A DNA stretch of 64,000 bases, from the NCBI RefSeq assembly GCF_963921235.1, contig NC_086097.1, forward strand, positions 66,404,001 through 66,468,000, read 5' to 3'. The notes under the pieces are model-generated. The model was not told where the DNA came from and did no database searches. It saw nothing but the letters and a program-made list of their open reading frames with translations. This document shows, piece after piece, positions 25,686 to 38,489 of the stretch. The number at the start of each line of letters is the position of its first letter. Positions within the stretch are counted from its first letter, which is position 1. This DNA comes from Mobula hypostoma. Its lineage: Eukaryota. Made by a program: the position numbers and the translations under genes.

Positions 25686-27329
25686 ACCCCAAAATATTCA
25701 CTCCCCTTCACATCTGTTTCTAGCTCTCTTGCAAATAACAATTCTTGAACCATGCTTTCATCTTTTATAAAGTGAACATAACTAAGAAGCAAAGATTTGT
25801 TGCATGGTAAAGTTGACTCACCCAATTGCAGAGCAAGTTCTAAGTATGTTGCACAATGTGTCTTTCTCATTCTTAGACATTTCATCAATTCATCTTTGAA
25901 CAGAGATGCTGCTGAGTGGAAATGCTTGAATTATTTAGTCCAGTGATTTATGCAAAACTGTACTCAGAACCTCCCTTACTGTTGGCAGAATCAGTTCTTC
26001 TCCAATTGTATGGGACATTCTAGATTTAACAATGTGCATTGAAATATTGTACGAAGCATGCAAGCCATCACTGTTTCATTGTGAAGTGCTGGGAAACATG
26101 TTTTGAAGTGTTTTCCGTTTCATGAAGTGACTGAAAATAAGCCAAGTTCTTGTTTGCTTTATCAGAGTGTATTCTTTTCAAATATTCAAGGAGCTGGATG
26201 GTTTCATTGCCTCATTTGAAAAAAAACTTTTTCACACAACAGACACATTGGCTGCTGTTGGTTGCTTGGTGCTGGGATACAGTATATCCATATTTTGGAT
26301 ACTCCGCACTATACTGTCCACACTTTTTTGTTGGGTCTGCTTCTACCATTTTCATTATGGATTATTAATCACAGTCAATTGCCCATTGTTTAAGTCCAGC
26401 TGCAATGGCTGCAATCAGTAAAGGGGAAAATTACAACGACATCATAACTTGGGCAAAACCTGACTCTTTGCCTGAAGGTACATAAAGTGGGGCAGCGTTA
26501 TTTGGGTTTGGCTAGAGAAATGCGGTCAAGACCATTTGAAGGAAGATTCTGAATTTTACCCCATTGAACATCATTTCGTAATTCACAGGAATTGTGTCGC
26601 TGCATGATTCGAGTAATGGAATTGTACTAGTTAACACTGTAGTACAGAAGTGAATAGCAATAATGTGGGGGTGAATCCCGGAAATAGCACGATTTCTTCA
26701 GTCCAAATTTCTCATGGTACACCAAATACAGAAGTGTCACATTAATTTTCAACAACTGTAACGCGCTTCGAGCAAAGTCTTAAGAAAATGGTGGGGTAGC
26801 AAGAGATGAGGTGATTATGTGATTTTGAAGCACTAAGGATCAAATGCTTACAATAAGTAAATAATTTAATAAATTAAGCCTGTAATACCTCAGCTGTCCC
26901 CTTGCCACTGAGCACCCCTCCACCACCTTCTTTATCTTTTTCTCTCCCTTAGACAATCTCTCTGCCTTCGGGGGTAGGAGGTGCAATATGATCCACTTGT
27001 GAGCCACTGCTTTAGAATGTACTTCTTGTGGATCAGTGGCTGGACCCGTAGATAAGGCTTTAAATGATAATATTGTTGAGAGGTTCTGGTTATTGGAAAT
27101 TTAGGAATTTAAAGCAGAAGTATGAGATAATGATACAGCACTGAAATATGCACATAACAGGGACTGATCATTTAAAAGTTATCACATAACAGTAAAGAAA
27201 GGTTAAAATGGGGAAACTAATCAAAATACAAGGCTTTTTAACTGAACACAAAGTTTTTATAACAAATATATTAAATTTGTGGCATAAATAGAGGTAAATG
27301 GGTTTTAGCTGTTGGACTTAAGTAATGTG

Positions 27330-28415
27330 TTTGCTTAGGCACTACATGGTTAGTCCAGAAAGTTAGAACATATGGGATCCGAAATGAGTTTGCCAATCAG
27401 ATACAGAAACAAAATTGGCATGATAGTAAGAGAGAGGGTGGTGATGGTGTTAATTTTCATACTGGAGACCTGTGATCAGTGGTGTGCTTCAAGGATGGGT
27501 GCTGTTGTTTGTCATTTATCTTAATGATTTGGATCAGAATGTAGGTAACATTATAAGGAGAGGCTGCATTGGCATATTCTGATGCAGTAATTTGAACGCA
27601 CAGGAATATACGAAGCTGCAGAGAGTGGTTGACTCTGCCCAGTAGCACCATCCATCATTAAAACCCTCACCATCTTGGCCATGCCATCTTTTTGTAACCA
27701 CCATCAGGCAACAGCTACAGAAACCTCTACAAGATCAGCTACTTTCCTTCAACCATTTGGGTCTTAAACCAACCAGCAAAACCTTAGTCACTACTACAGT
27801 TTGGCACCACATGTCCACTCTGATCACTTTGCACTAAAATGGACATTTTTGTTCTAATTGTATGTTTTTGTAAAAATTGTGTAAAATTTATGTTCATGTT
27901 TTTTTCTTGTAAATGCTGCTTGTATGATACTATGTGTCTGTGATGCTACCTCAATTAAGTTTTTCATTGTACTTGTGCATAAGACAATAAACTCAGCTTT
28001 AACTTTTGACTTTTTTCTGGAGTGTAGGAAGCTGAGGGGTGACTTTATAGGGGTTTATAAAATCATGAAGGGCATAGGTAAGGTGAATAGCCACAGTTTT
28101 GTCCCCAGGGCAAGGAAGACTAAAACTAGATGGCATACGTTTAAAGTGAAATGGGAAAGATTTTAAATGGGTCTGAGGAGTAACTTTTTCCCACACAGGA
28201 TGGTGTGACTATGGAGTGAGCTGCCGGAAGAATCTGTACAGGTAGATACAATGATGACATTTAAAATATATTTGTACAGAGAAATAGACAGGAAATATTC
28301 AAAGGGATATGGGCAAAGTACAGGCAAGTGGGACTAGCTTAGTTTGGCACCTAGGTCAGCATGGATAAGTTGGATCAAAAGGTCTGTTTTCTATGCTGTA
28401 TAGCTCTATGACACT
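27330..28415 (+). mobile_element. Cluster of degraded fragments: CR1 RT (~27330-27565), Rex/Babar 3' end (~27570-28012), CR1 3' end (~28015-28415)
   Basis: W.PV.SGV.QG motif; Rex-type LPPSG.SYR and aataaa tail; LECRKLRGDFI.VYKIMKG. Confidence 0.7.
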
Positions 28416-28581
28416 ATATGGTTGCAAGATTACGCAGGCTGGTAACTAAACATTCTGAGATACTCTGCATTTCATAGTACTAGTATTAGGAATTCTGAGG
28501 GGTAGGTCTGATAGTAAAGGATGGCATTAGGATTCTGTGAGAAGGGATTGTGCTCAGAAAATCACAAATTGTGATCAGTTT

Positions 28582-29245
28582 GAACATAGAACAGTACAGC
28601 ACGGGTCATTTGCTGACTCTTTAAGCTACTCCAAGATGAATTTAATCCTTCCATGCCACATAGCCCTCCAATCTCATTTCATCCAAAATGAGTCTTTTAA
28701 ATTGTCCTAATGGATCTGCCTCTACCACCACTCCCAGCAGTACTCGCACCTATCATGCTGTGTACAAAAAAAAAGCCTTCCCCTGACATTCCCCTATACT
28801 TTACTCCCAACACCTTGAAGTTATGTCCCCTTGTATTAGCCATGTTCACCCTGGGAGAAGTGTCTGGCTGTCCACTCCATCTATGCCTCTTATCACCTTA
28901 TATACTTCTATGAAGTTACCTCTCATCCTTCTTCTCTCCAAAGTAAAAAACCCTACCTCACTCAAGCTATCCTCATAAGACACACTTTCTAATCCAGAAA
29001 TCATCCCAGTAAATCTCTTCAACACCCTCTTTAAACCTTCCACATCCTTCCTATTATGAGGCAATATTCCAAGTCTGACCAGAGTTTTATAGAGCAGCAA
29101 CATTACCTTGCATCTCTTGAATTCATTCCCCTGACTAACGAAGACCAACACACCATACACCTCTTAACCATCAACATTTGCTGCAACTTTGAAGGATGTA
29201 TGGATGTAGACCCCAAGAACACTCTGTTCCCCCACACTGTTAAGA
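28582..29245 (-). mobile_element. CR1 LINE 3' fragment
   Basis: gaacatagaacagtacagcac tail complement; LYKTLVR...RFTGMISGL...LERRRMRG. Confidence 0.85.
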
Positions 29246-29867
29246 TGTGTGGAAATGATGAATAATCAGAGCAGAACATTTTGGAGAAAGTACCGTATGC
29301 AATTAAATTTCTGGGAATAGGAGCTTAAACTTAAATGTGAGGAGCAAGTTGACTAAGGTGGATTGGGAAAGCCAAAGATGTATCTAACTTTTAATTTAAA
29401 TTATTTCCTCATGATTTCCAATATTGTGGCTATATTCACCACCATGATCTCGTGATATCAAAGCTTGATTTTGTTTCTTATTGTTGCTCCTTGTAGTCAT
29501 TTCTCTGTCTGTGCTCCTTTCAGACTTTTGCTGCTTGGTATCCAATTCTATTTATGAGTTTTGAATTCCTGGAACTGATTGGATGCAAACTCCCTGATCA
29601 TTTCCACAAGATTTACAATTTGGAAATGGTTTGGGATCATGGTTCAGAATTTTTAGAAGTCTATCGCATCTTTTTCTTTTTTCCAAACCAGATGCTTTTG
29701 TCCATTGCAATAGTTGTATTTTTGAAATGTTAGTAAACCAAAATTATTCCATGTTGTATGTAACAATGGTAGTTCTGTGCAACAGCAAATATAGTATCAG
29801 TTGTAGGAGAATATTTGTCTATAAATACAATTAATATTTGATGTTTTTTATTCTTTTTGTGTTCAAG

Positions 29868-29944
29868 AGGTCAATATCTACTTGAAATGAAAAAACTTGA
29901 ACTTGCAAGCTTTTGTATCCAATATACCGCTGAAATCAATCAAG
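29868..29944 (+). CDS. TTC6: TTC6 internal exon: (R)GQYLLEMKKLELASFCIQYTAEINQ
   Basis: Long polypyrimidine tract then caag| acceptor, AAG|gtacat donor; 77 nt, phase 2 in / 1 out, matching both neighbours; RGQYLL motif. Confidence 0.88.
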
Positions 29945-31070
29945 GTACATTTTTCTATAATGATCATGTCATTAAAATTACTTCATTTGTATTAGTTAGA
30001 AGAAGATCTGTATATCCTGGTTTGATTAGTTTATTACTTGTTTGCAAACCATGATTTTGCGACAGATCCAGTTGACAACAAATCTGAATTATTAATTTAT
30101 CTGAAGTTAAAAAATTAGATGGGTGGATATAATGTGATTATAAAATCTATTCTAATTAATTCTATTGTACAATGCTGTTTTTTCCAAATTTTTTGCACTA
30201 GATCTTTTTTTTTAGCAAAAATACAAGAAAAATGCATTTTCCAAATGTATTTAAAACCTTACATTTATGAAAGATCTGAAGGGATTAATATAGTAATATT
30301 ATCAAAGGAGATCAGTAAATGGTGACAAATAATTTTGGCAATAGTAGATTATGATGTGGAGTTCAGAATTAATTTGGGTCAAGCTTTGAGAGACTTTAAG
30401 CTATATATAAGGCCATAAAACCATAAGATATAGGAGCAGAATTAGGCCATTTGGCCCATCGAGTGTCCTGCTCCACCATTTCATCATGGCTGATTCATTT
30501 TTCCTCTCAGCCCCAGTCTCCTGCCTTCTGCCCCTATATCCTTTCATGCCCTGTCCAATCAAGAATCTATCAACCTTTGCCTTAAATATACATGAAGACT
30601 TGGCCTCCATAGCTGCCTGTGGTCTTAGACACTCTCACCAGAGGAAACATCCTTTCCATATCCACTCTGTCAAGGCTTTTCACTATTTGATAGGTTTCAA
30701 TTAGGCCATGCTTCATTCTTCTAAATTCCAGTGAATACAGGCTCAGAGCCATCAAAACATTCTTCATATGACAAATCATTTAATCCTGGAAACATTTTCA
30801 CAAATCTCCTTTGAACCCTCTCCAGTTCCAGCACATCCTTTCTAAGATAAGGGGCCCAAGACTGCACACCATACTCCAAGTGAGGTGTCACCAGTGTTTC
30901 ATGAAGTCTGAACATTATATCCTTGCTTTTATATTCTAGTCCTTTTGAAATGAATGCTTACATCACATCTGCCTTCCTCACCACAGATTTGACCTGCAAA
31001 TTAACCTTTAGGGCATCTTGCACAAGGACTCCCAAATCCCTTTACGCCTTGGATTTTTAATTTTCTCTCT

Positions 31071-32083
31071 GAGAAACATAGAAAATAGGTGCAGGAGTAG
31101 GCCATTCGGCCCTTCGAGCCTGCACCGCCATTTATTATGATCATGGCTGATCATCCAACTCAGAACCCTGCACCAGCCTTCCCTCCATACCCCCTGATCC
31201 CCGTAGCCACAAGGGCCATATCTAACTCCCTCTTAAATATAGCCAATGAACTGGCCTCAACTGTTTCCTGTGGCAGAGAATTCCACAGATTCACCACTCT
31301 CTGTGTGAAGAAGTTTTTCCTAATCTCGGTCCTAAAAGGCTTCCCCTTTATCCTCAAACTGTGACCCCTCGTTCTGGACTTCCCCAACATCGGGAACAAT
31401 CTTCCGGCATCTAGCCTGTCCAATCCCTTTAGAATTTTATACGTTTCAATCAGATCCCCCCTCAATCTTCTAAATTCCAGAGAGTCTAAGCCTAGTCGAT
31501 CCAGTCTTTCATCATATGAAAGTCCTGCCATCCCAGGAATCAATCTGGTGAACCTTCTTTGTACTCCCTCTATGGCAAGGATGTCTTTCCTCAGATTAGG
31601 GGACCAAAACTGCACACAATACTCCAGGTGTGGTCTCACCAAGGCCTTGTACAACTGCAGTAGTACCTCCCTGCTCCTGTACTCGAATCCTCTCGCTATA
31701 AATGCCGGCATACCATTCGCCTTTTTCACCGCCTGCTGTACCTGCATGCTCACTTTCAATGACTGGTGTATAATGACACCCAGGTCTCGTTGCACCTCCC
31801 CTTTTCCTAATCGGCCACCATTCAGATAATAATCTGTTTTCCTATTTTTGCCACCAAAGTGGATAACTTCACATTTATCCACATTAAATTGCATCTGCCA
31901 TGAATTTGCCCACTCACCCAACCTATCCAAGTCACTCTGCATCCTCTTAGCATCCTCCTCACAGCTAACACTGCCGCCCAGCTTCGTGTCATCCGCAAAC
32001 TTGGAGATGCTGCATTTAATTCCCTCATCCAAGTCATTAATATATATTGTAAACAACTGGGGTCCCAGCACTGAGCCTTGCGG
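31071..32083 (-). mobile_element. Young 5'-truncated CR1 with an uninterrupted 303-aa RT C-terminal frame
   Basis: ORF 31160-32071 (LFTIYINDL, FADDTKLGG, LVRPHLEYCVQFWSP); candidate TSD ctctc 31065-31069 / 32084-32088. Confidence 0.93.
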
Positions 32084-32507
32084 CTCTCCATTTAGAAATA
32101 GTCAACTATTTCAGTTCTTCTACCAAAATGCATTACCATACACTTTCTGACACTGTTTTCCATCTGGCATTTCTCTGCTTATTCTCCTAATCTGTTTTAG
32201 TCCTTCTGCAGCCCCTCTATTTCCTCAAATCTGCCTCTCCAACTATCCTTGTATCGTCTGCAAACTTTTCAATAAAGCTATCAATTCCATCATCCAAACC
32301 ATTGACATATAACATAAAAGGAATCAGTCCCAACACAGACCCCTGTGGAACACCACTAGTCACTGGCAACCAACCAGAAAAAAATCCCTTTATTCCCACT
32401 CTTTGCATCCCGCCAATCAGCTACCACTTTATCCGTATTAGAATCTTTCCTATTATACCATGGACTCATAGCTTGTTAAGCAGCCTTGTGTGCAGCACCT
32501 TGTTAAA

Positions 32508-32872
32508 CTACTACTACTATGTTGAGTCAGGCCTTAGGGGCCGACATCAGGCACGATGACGGACTCTCCACTTCTCCCTTTCCCTCATCAGTGTGTTCAG
32601 TTCATCTACATTAGCCGCGCCGCTGTCTTCTAGGAGCATGTCGCCCAGGGTTTATTCTCCCATGCTTGGGCTCCCATATGATGACTAGGCTGGCAGGTAG
32701 CTCAGGGTGGCGTAGACAGTGCCCCGCTAGTTGCAGTCTTCTCGCCTCAATTTTATTGGTGAGCATCGGTAGGTCATCATAGAGCTCGACGTTCGTCATG
32801 TGCTGTTGCCAACTCATGTCAAGAGCCATCTGGAGCATTTGTGTATAGCAACCATCTATACCTTGCTATACT
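32508..32872 (-). mobile_element. 5'-truncated copy of the RTE-clade LINE found at 51191-54480
   Basis: Highly similar to 51191-51560; (TAG)n tail; 8-bp TSD ttgttaaa 32500-32507 / 32873-32880; host CR1 is contiguous across it. Confidence 0.92.
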
Positions 32873-33278
32873 TTGTTAAAGGTCTTCTGAAAATCCAAGT
32901 ACGCAACATCAACCAATTCTCCTTTGTATATCCTGCTGGTTATTTCTTTTAAAAATCCCAATAGTTTTGTAAGGCCTAGAGGCAGCCATGCTGACTACTG
33001 CCTATTTTATCATGTGCCTCCAAGTACTGAGAGATCTCATCTTTACTAATGGACTCCAGCATCTTCCCAACCACTGAGGTCAGACTAACTGGCCTATAGT
33101 TTCCTTTCTTCCGCCTTTCCCCCTTCTTGAAGTGTGGAGTGATATTGGCAAATTTCCAGTCTTCTGGAACCATTCCAGGATCTAGTGATCCTTGAAAGAT
33201 CATTACTAATGCTTCCACAATCTCTCAGCCAGCTCTTTCAGAACCCTAGGGTGTACACTGACTGGTCCTAGTGACTTA

Positions 33279-35003
33279 TAGTGCCTATAAAAAGTATTCA
33301 CTCCCTTGAAAGTTTTCACGTTTTATTGTTTTACAACATTGAATCACGGTGGATTTAATTTGGCTTTTTTGACACTGATCAATAGAAAAAGACTCTTTTG
33401 TGTCACAATGAAAACAGATCTCTACAGAATGATCTAAATGAATTACAAATATAAAACATAAAATAATTGCTTACATAAGTATTCACCCCCTTCAAGTCGG
33501 TATATAGTAGATATACCTTTGGTAGCAATTACAGCCTTGAGTCTGTGTGGATAGGTCTCTATCAGCACTGCACATATGGACACTGCAATTTTTCCCTGTC
33601 CTTCTTTACAAAACTGCTCAAGTTCTGTTAGAGTGCATGGGGATCATGAGTGAACAGCCCTTTTCAAGTCCAGCCACAAATTTTCAATTGGATTGAAGTC
33701 TCTACTCTGACTTAGCCACTTCAGATCATTAACTTTGTTGTTTTTAAGCTATTCCTATGTAGCTTTGGCTTTAAGCTTAGGGTCATTGTCTTGCTGGAAA
33801 ACAATTCTTCTCCCATGTCTCAATTCTCTTGCAGAATGCATCAATTTTTCCTCCAGGACTTCTCTGTATTTTGCTGCATTCATTTTACCCTCCAGCTTCA
33901 CAAGCCTTCCGGGGCCTGCTGCAGTGAAGCATCACCACAGCATGATGCAGCTATCACCATACCTCACGGTAGCAATGGTGTGTTTTTGATGATGTGCGGA
34001 GTCTGGCTTATGCTGAACTTAACATTTAGTCTGATAGTCAAATAGCTGAATTTTGGTTTCATCAAACCATAGAATCTTCTTCTAGCTGACTTCAGAATCT
34101 CCCACGTGACTTCTGGTGAACTCTAGTTGGGATTTCAAGTGAGTTTTTTTCAACGGTGTCTTTCTTTTTGCCACTCTCCCATAAAGCTGCAACTGGTGAA
34201 GTACCCGGATAATAGTTGTATGCGCAGTCTCTCCCATCTCAGCCACTGAAGCTTGTAACTCCTCCAGAGTTGCCATAGGTCTCTTGATAGCCTCCCTCAC
34301 TAGTCCCCTATTCGCACGGTACCTCAGTTTTTGAGGACAACCTACTCTAGGCAGATTTACAGCCCTGCCATATTCTTTCCATTTCTTGATCATTGACTTA
34401 ACTGTACTTCAAGGGATATTCAGTGACTTGGAAGTGCTTTTGTATCCATCTTCTGACCTGTGCTTTCCACTAACCTTTTTGCGGAGTTTCTTAGAGTGTT
34501 CTTTTGTCTTCATGGTGTATTTTTTGTGAGGATACTGACTCACCAGCAGCTGGACTTTCCAGATAGTGTATTTTAACTTTGTTGTTTTTAAACCATTTCT
34601 GTGCTGCTGTAGCTTTATGCTTGGGGTCATTTTCTTGCTGGTAAACAAATCTTCTCCTGAGTCGCAGTTCTCTTGCAGACTGCATCAGGTTTTCCTCCAG
34701 GATTTCCCTGTATTTTACTGCATTCATTTTACCCTCTACCTTCACAAACCTTCCAGGGCCTGCTGCAGGGAAGCATCTCCACAGCATGATGCAGTCACCA
34801 CCATATTTCTCGGTAGGGATAGTGTGTTTTGGATGATGTGCGGTGTTTGGCTTATGCCAAACATACTGTTTAATCTGATGGACGAAAAGTTCAGTTTTGG
34901 TTTCATCAAGCCATAAAACCTTCTTCTAGCTGACTTCAGAGTCTCCCACATGCCTTTTGGTAAACTCTAGGTGAGATTTCAATGTGAGTTATTTTCAACA
35001 GTC
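33279..35003 (-). mobile_element. Tc1/mariner DNA transposon, defective and rearranged (transposase ~34513 to ~33497)
   Basis: TA then (c/t)agtgcctataaaaagtattca TIR with an inner direct repeat aagtattcacccc near 33477; transposase motifs MKTKEHSK, W.DETK, FQQDNDPK, S.D.NPIENLW; the second TIR is missing. Confidence 0.92.
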
Positions 35004-36499
35004 ATTTTATGTATATGAAGAAACTTTTGGTATCCTCTTTAATATTATTGGCTAGCTTAGTTTCATAATCCAACTTTACCTTCTTAATAACATTTTTAGT
35101 TCCTTTCTGCTGGTATTTAAAAGCTTCCCAAACCCCTGACTTCCCACTATTTTTTGCACTATTATATGCCCCCTCTTTGGCTTTTATGTTGGCTTTGATT
35201 TCCCTTGTTAGCCATGGTTATGAATACTTCTTCCCCTTTGGGATGGATATATCCTGTGCCTTCTGGATTGCTTCCAGAAATTCCAGTCATTGCTGCTCTG
35301 AGGTTATCCCTGCCAGTGTTCTTTTCCAATCAATTCTGGCCATCTACTCTCTCATGCCTCTATAATTTCCTTTACTCCACTGTATTACTGATACCTCTAA
35401 CTTCTCCTTCTCAAATTTCAGGGTGAATTTGATCATATTATGATCACTTGCCAGTAAGGGTTCTTTTACCTTAAGCTCTGTAATTAGTTCCAGTTCATTG
35501 CACAACACCCCATCCAGAATAGCTGATTCCCTATTGGGCTCAACCACCAGCTGTTCTAAAAAGCCATCACATAGGCATTCTAGAAATTCTCCCTCTTGGA
35601 ATCCTGTACAAGCCTGATTTTCCCAATCTACCTGCATATTGAAATCCTCCATGACTATTGTAACATTGCTCTTTTGGAATGCATTTTCTGTCTCCTGCTG
35701 TAACTTGTAAACCACATTCTTACTACTGTGCCCACAGAATTTCGCCTCTCTTCCTCTGGCTTAGGAATCTCCTATCAACACTGCAGTCCTCTTCACCCTT
35801 CTGCTCTTCTGAGTCACAGCACCAAACTCAGTGCCAGAATCCTGGTCACTGTTGTTTCCCCCCAGTAGGTCATCCCCCTCAATAGTATCTAAAGTTATAT
35901 ACATTATTGAGGGGAATGGCTACCGGCTGTGATTTTTCCCCTGTTTCTCCTGACAGTCACCCAATTACCTGCCCCTGCAAGCTAGGGGTGACTACCTCCC
36001 TGTAGCTCCTGTCTATCACCTCCTTATTCTCCCGTATGAGTTGAAGATCATCAAGCTGCAGCCCCGTTTCTTAATATGTTCTCTCAGGAGCTGCAGCTTA
36101 GTTTATCTGGAGCAGATATGTTTATCTGGGAGACTGGATGTCTCCCAGACTTCCCGCATCCCACACACAGTAAAAAACACTGACCCTGGAGCCATTCTCT
36201 CTGTACTATGCACTTGTAGATGAGGAATGAAGAAATAAGAACAGAGAGAGAGTAACTTAAAGACAATCTACCTCACTCAAGCCTGATGAGCCAAAGCTAC
36301 CCTAAAGACTGTCACACTCCAAATGAATGCCCACTCTGCTTGTACTGGAATTATTCTTACTGGCCCTTTCTAATGACTCCCTCTTGCGAATTGGTTGCTC
36401 CTCAAAATCGGAAAAAAATGTTGCAAAACTCTGCCTTCAAAATCTTGATTGCCACCCTGATTTAAAAAGTAGCTCTTCTCACGTACCTCTGGTGTAGAT

Positions 36500-37620
36500 T
36501 GTCCAACTAAAAGAAGTATGCATCATGTGGATGGAACAAATCAAATCTGTTGTAATAAGATGGAAGATGAGCTCATGGAATCCATACAAGAAGCTTTTCT
36601 AGATTAAGATATTGGAGAGTCAAATAAAGTAAATGCTTTTTTGGATCCTGTTTAGTGCACTGAAAATAAATGAATCACAATTATGTTATAAAGGGGTCTT
36701 TGAGGAAGAGTAAACATAATGATTGAATTTTATATTAAGTCTGGTAGTGATGTAGTTCAATACAAATCTAGGCAAGATAAATAATAAAGAGAATAGAATT
36801 GCTGTGGTTGATTGGAAGGAACATTGAAAACTATGACAAAGAACAGGCAAAGGTTAATAGTCAAAGAAATTATACTTAAGTTGCAAAATGAAAACCTAGA
36901 GTAAAAGTGATATATCTGTAACTGACAAAGTAAAGTTATTACTCAATAAAAGAAGATGATTACAGGAAAATTCCAGAACCCTCAGGACTGTGCCAGATTA
37001 TTCTTAGACAGACTCTAGATTCCAGACTCTTAGATATTACTTCTAATGATAGATTCAGCTAGTTCAGTATGTTAATATACAAACGTTTGTATTAATGGAA
37101 GTAATATCTAGGAGGAAAATAATAATAAGTTAGAAAATAACAGTATAATAACATTTTCAGTGAACCAGTTGTGTTTGGTGAGCTAGTGAGGGAACAGGAC
37201 ATGGTGAGCTTAAGGAGAACATAGGAATAGGGCTCCATCGTGTTTAAAAGGAGTATACAAACAGAGCAACGAGAGTGTGGAAACAAGATTTTGTGGATCC
37301 AGATACCAAACAATCAGTGAGTCATCAGACTTTTATTGTATATACTTTCCAGAAAAAGTAATAAGTCTGAGGAATGTGATTATTTTAGAACTCAATAAAA
37401 GAAAGCCAACAAATTGATAGTGAAAGGCAAAATAGAGTACTACTCAAGACAAGTAGAAATATAAACATGAATTAAGAATTTTTATTACTTCTGTCGAAAG
37501 GGAAGGATTATAATAGGTAAATGTGGTCCAAAGTGTCAGGAGGATTTATAATAGGGAATAAAGAAATATCAAAGGAATCAGCATGTATAGTATAATGTGG
37601 CAAATTTGAAATGATCATTT
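36500..37620 (+). mobile_element. Old, highly degraded CR1 ORF2 remnant(s)
   Basis: Residual similarity to the CR1 endonuclease/linker region (cataatgattgaattttatattaag, atttataatagggaataaagaaat). Confidence 0.45.
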
Positions 37621-37865
37621 TTACTCTATTTTAAATTTATACATATAAAAACAAATTAATACCACTGATTATTTTGTCAAATTATTCGTTGCTGTACACT
37701 TAAAAAGGGAAATCATAAGAACAACAAGAAGATGTATGTTTGTATTGGTTGTAGTATTTCATAAAACAGAGTTCTGTAACTAATGACTTCATCAAGGTTT
37801 TATGATATAAAGTCATATAATCTTGCCCTAATAAATCTTGTTTTGGCTTTCACTTGATAACACAG

Positions 37866-38014
37866 CTCTTGACACTTCACCAGTTCAACAAGCTACAGTA
37901 CAAACCTTTTTAAAAAATTATGACAAAGCTGTAGATAGTTTGGAAGGACTTGAAAAATCACCTTCAATTTTGACCTTACTTGGAAAAACTAAAATGAAAG
38001 CTGGCAAACATCAG
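37866..38014 (+). CDS. TTC6: TTC6 internal exon: (A)LDTSPVQQATVQTFLKNYDKAVDSLEGLEKSPSILTLLGKTKMKAGKHQ
   Basis: cacag| acceptor, CAG|gtaata donor; 149 nt, phase 1 in / 0 out; SPxQQA...N.DKA...MKA pattern as recalled for TTC6. Confidence 0.88.
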
Positions 38015-38489
38015 GTAATATACATTTACTAATGTTTTCATAACTGTGACGCTATCAGAAGAGGGATATGAGATTTTAATGTCATGTGACATTTTAATGT
38101 GAAATGGGTCTAGGTTGGACTATGTTTTTGAAAGTGGCATCTCACAGCTCAAATGGAGATTCTCAGCACCATTTGAAGGAAGAGTGCTTCTAGAGGTACC
38201 AAAACTAAAACCTAGGGACAAGATACTGGAATATGGAGCAACAGGGTGCTTGGGGAACTCAACGATTCAGAGAACATCGATGGAGAGAAATGGACAGTTA
38301 ACATTCTAGGTTGAGACTGTTCCTATCCAGATGACCCACTGAGTTCTTCCAGAACTATGTGTGTTGCTAAATCTTATTTGTTCTCATTTGTAGTATCAAA
38401 ACTATGTTGCCCTTTGTACTGTTGTTGATATTAAAAGCTGCCAATGGATTACGCACAGTCTTTTTCCCAGGGTTGGGGATTCATCATCT

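Larger units (their letters stand above)
30411..36300 (-). mobile_element. Near full-length CR1 (partly deleted) hosting three younger insertions
   Basis: 3' tail at 30411, RT motifs to ~33270, endonuclease at 35344-35715, Cys-rich ORF1 start ~36190; colinear with the 12176-18150 copy. Confidence 0.88.
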
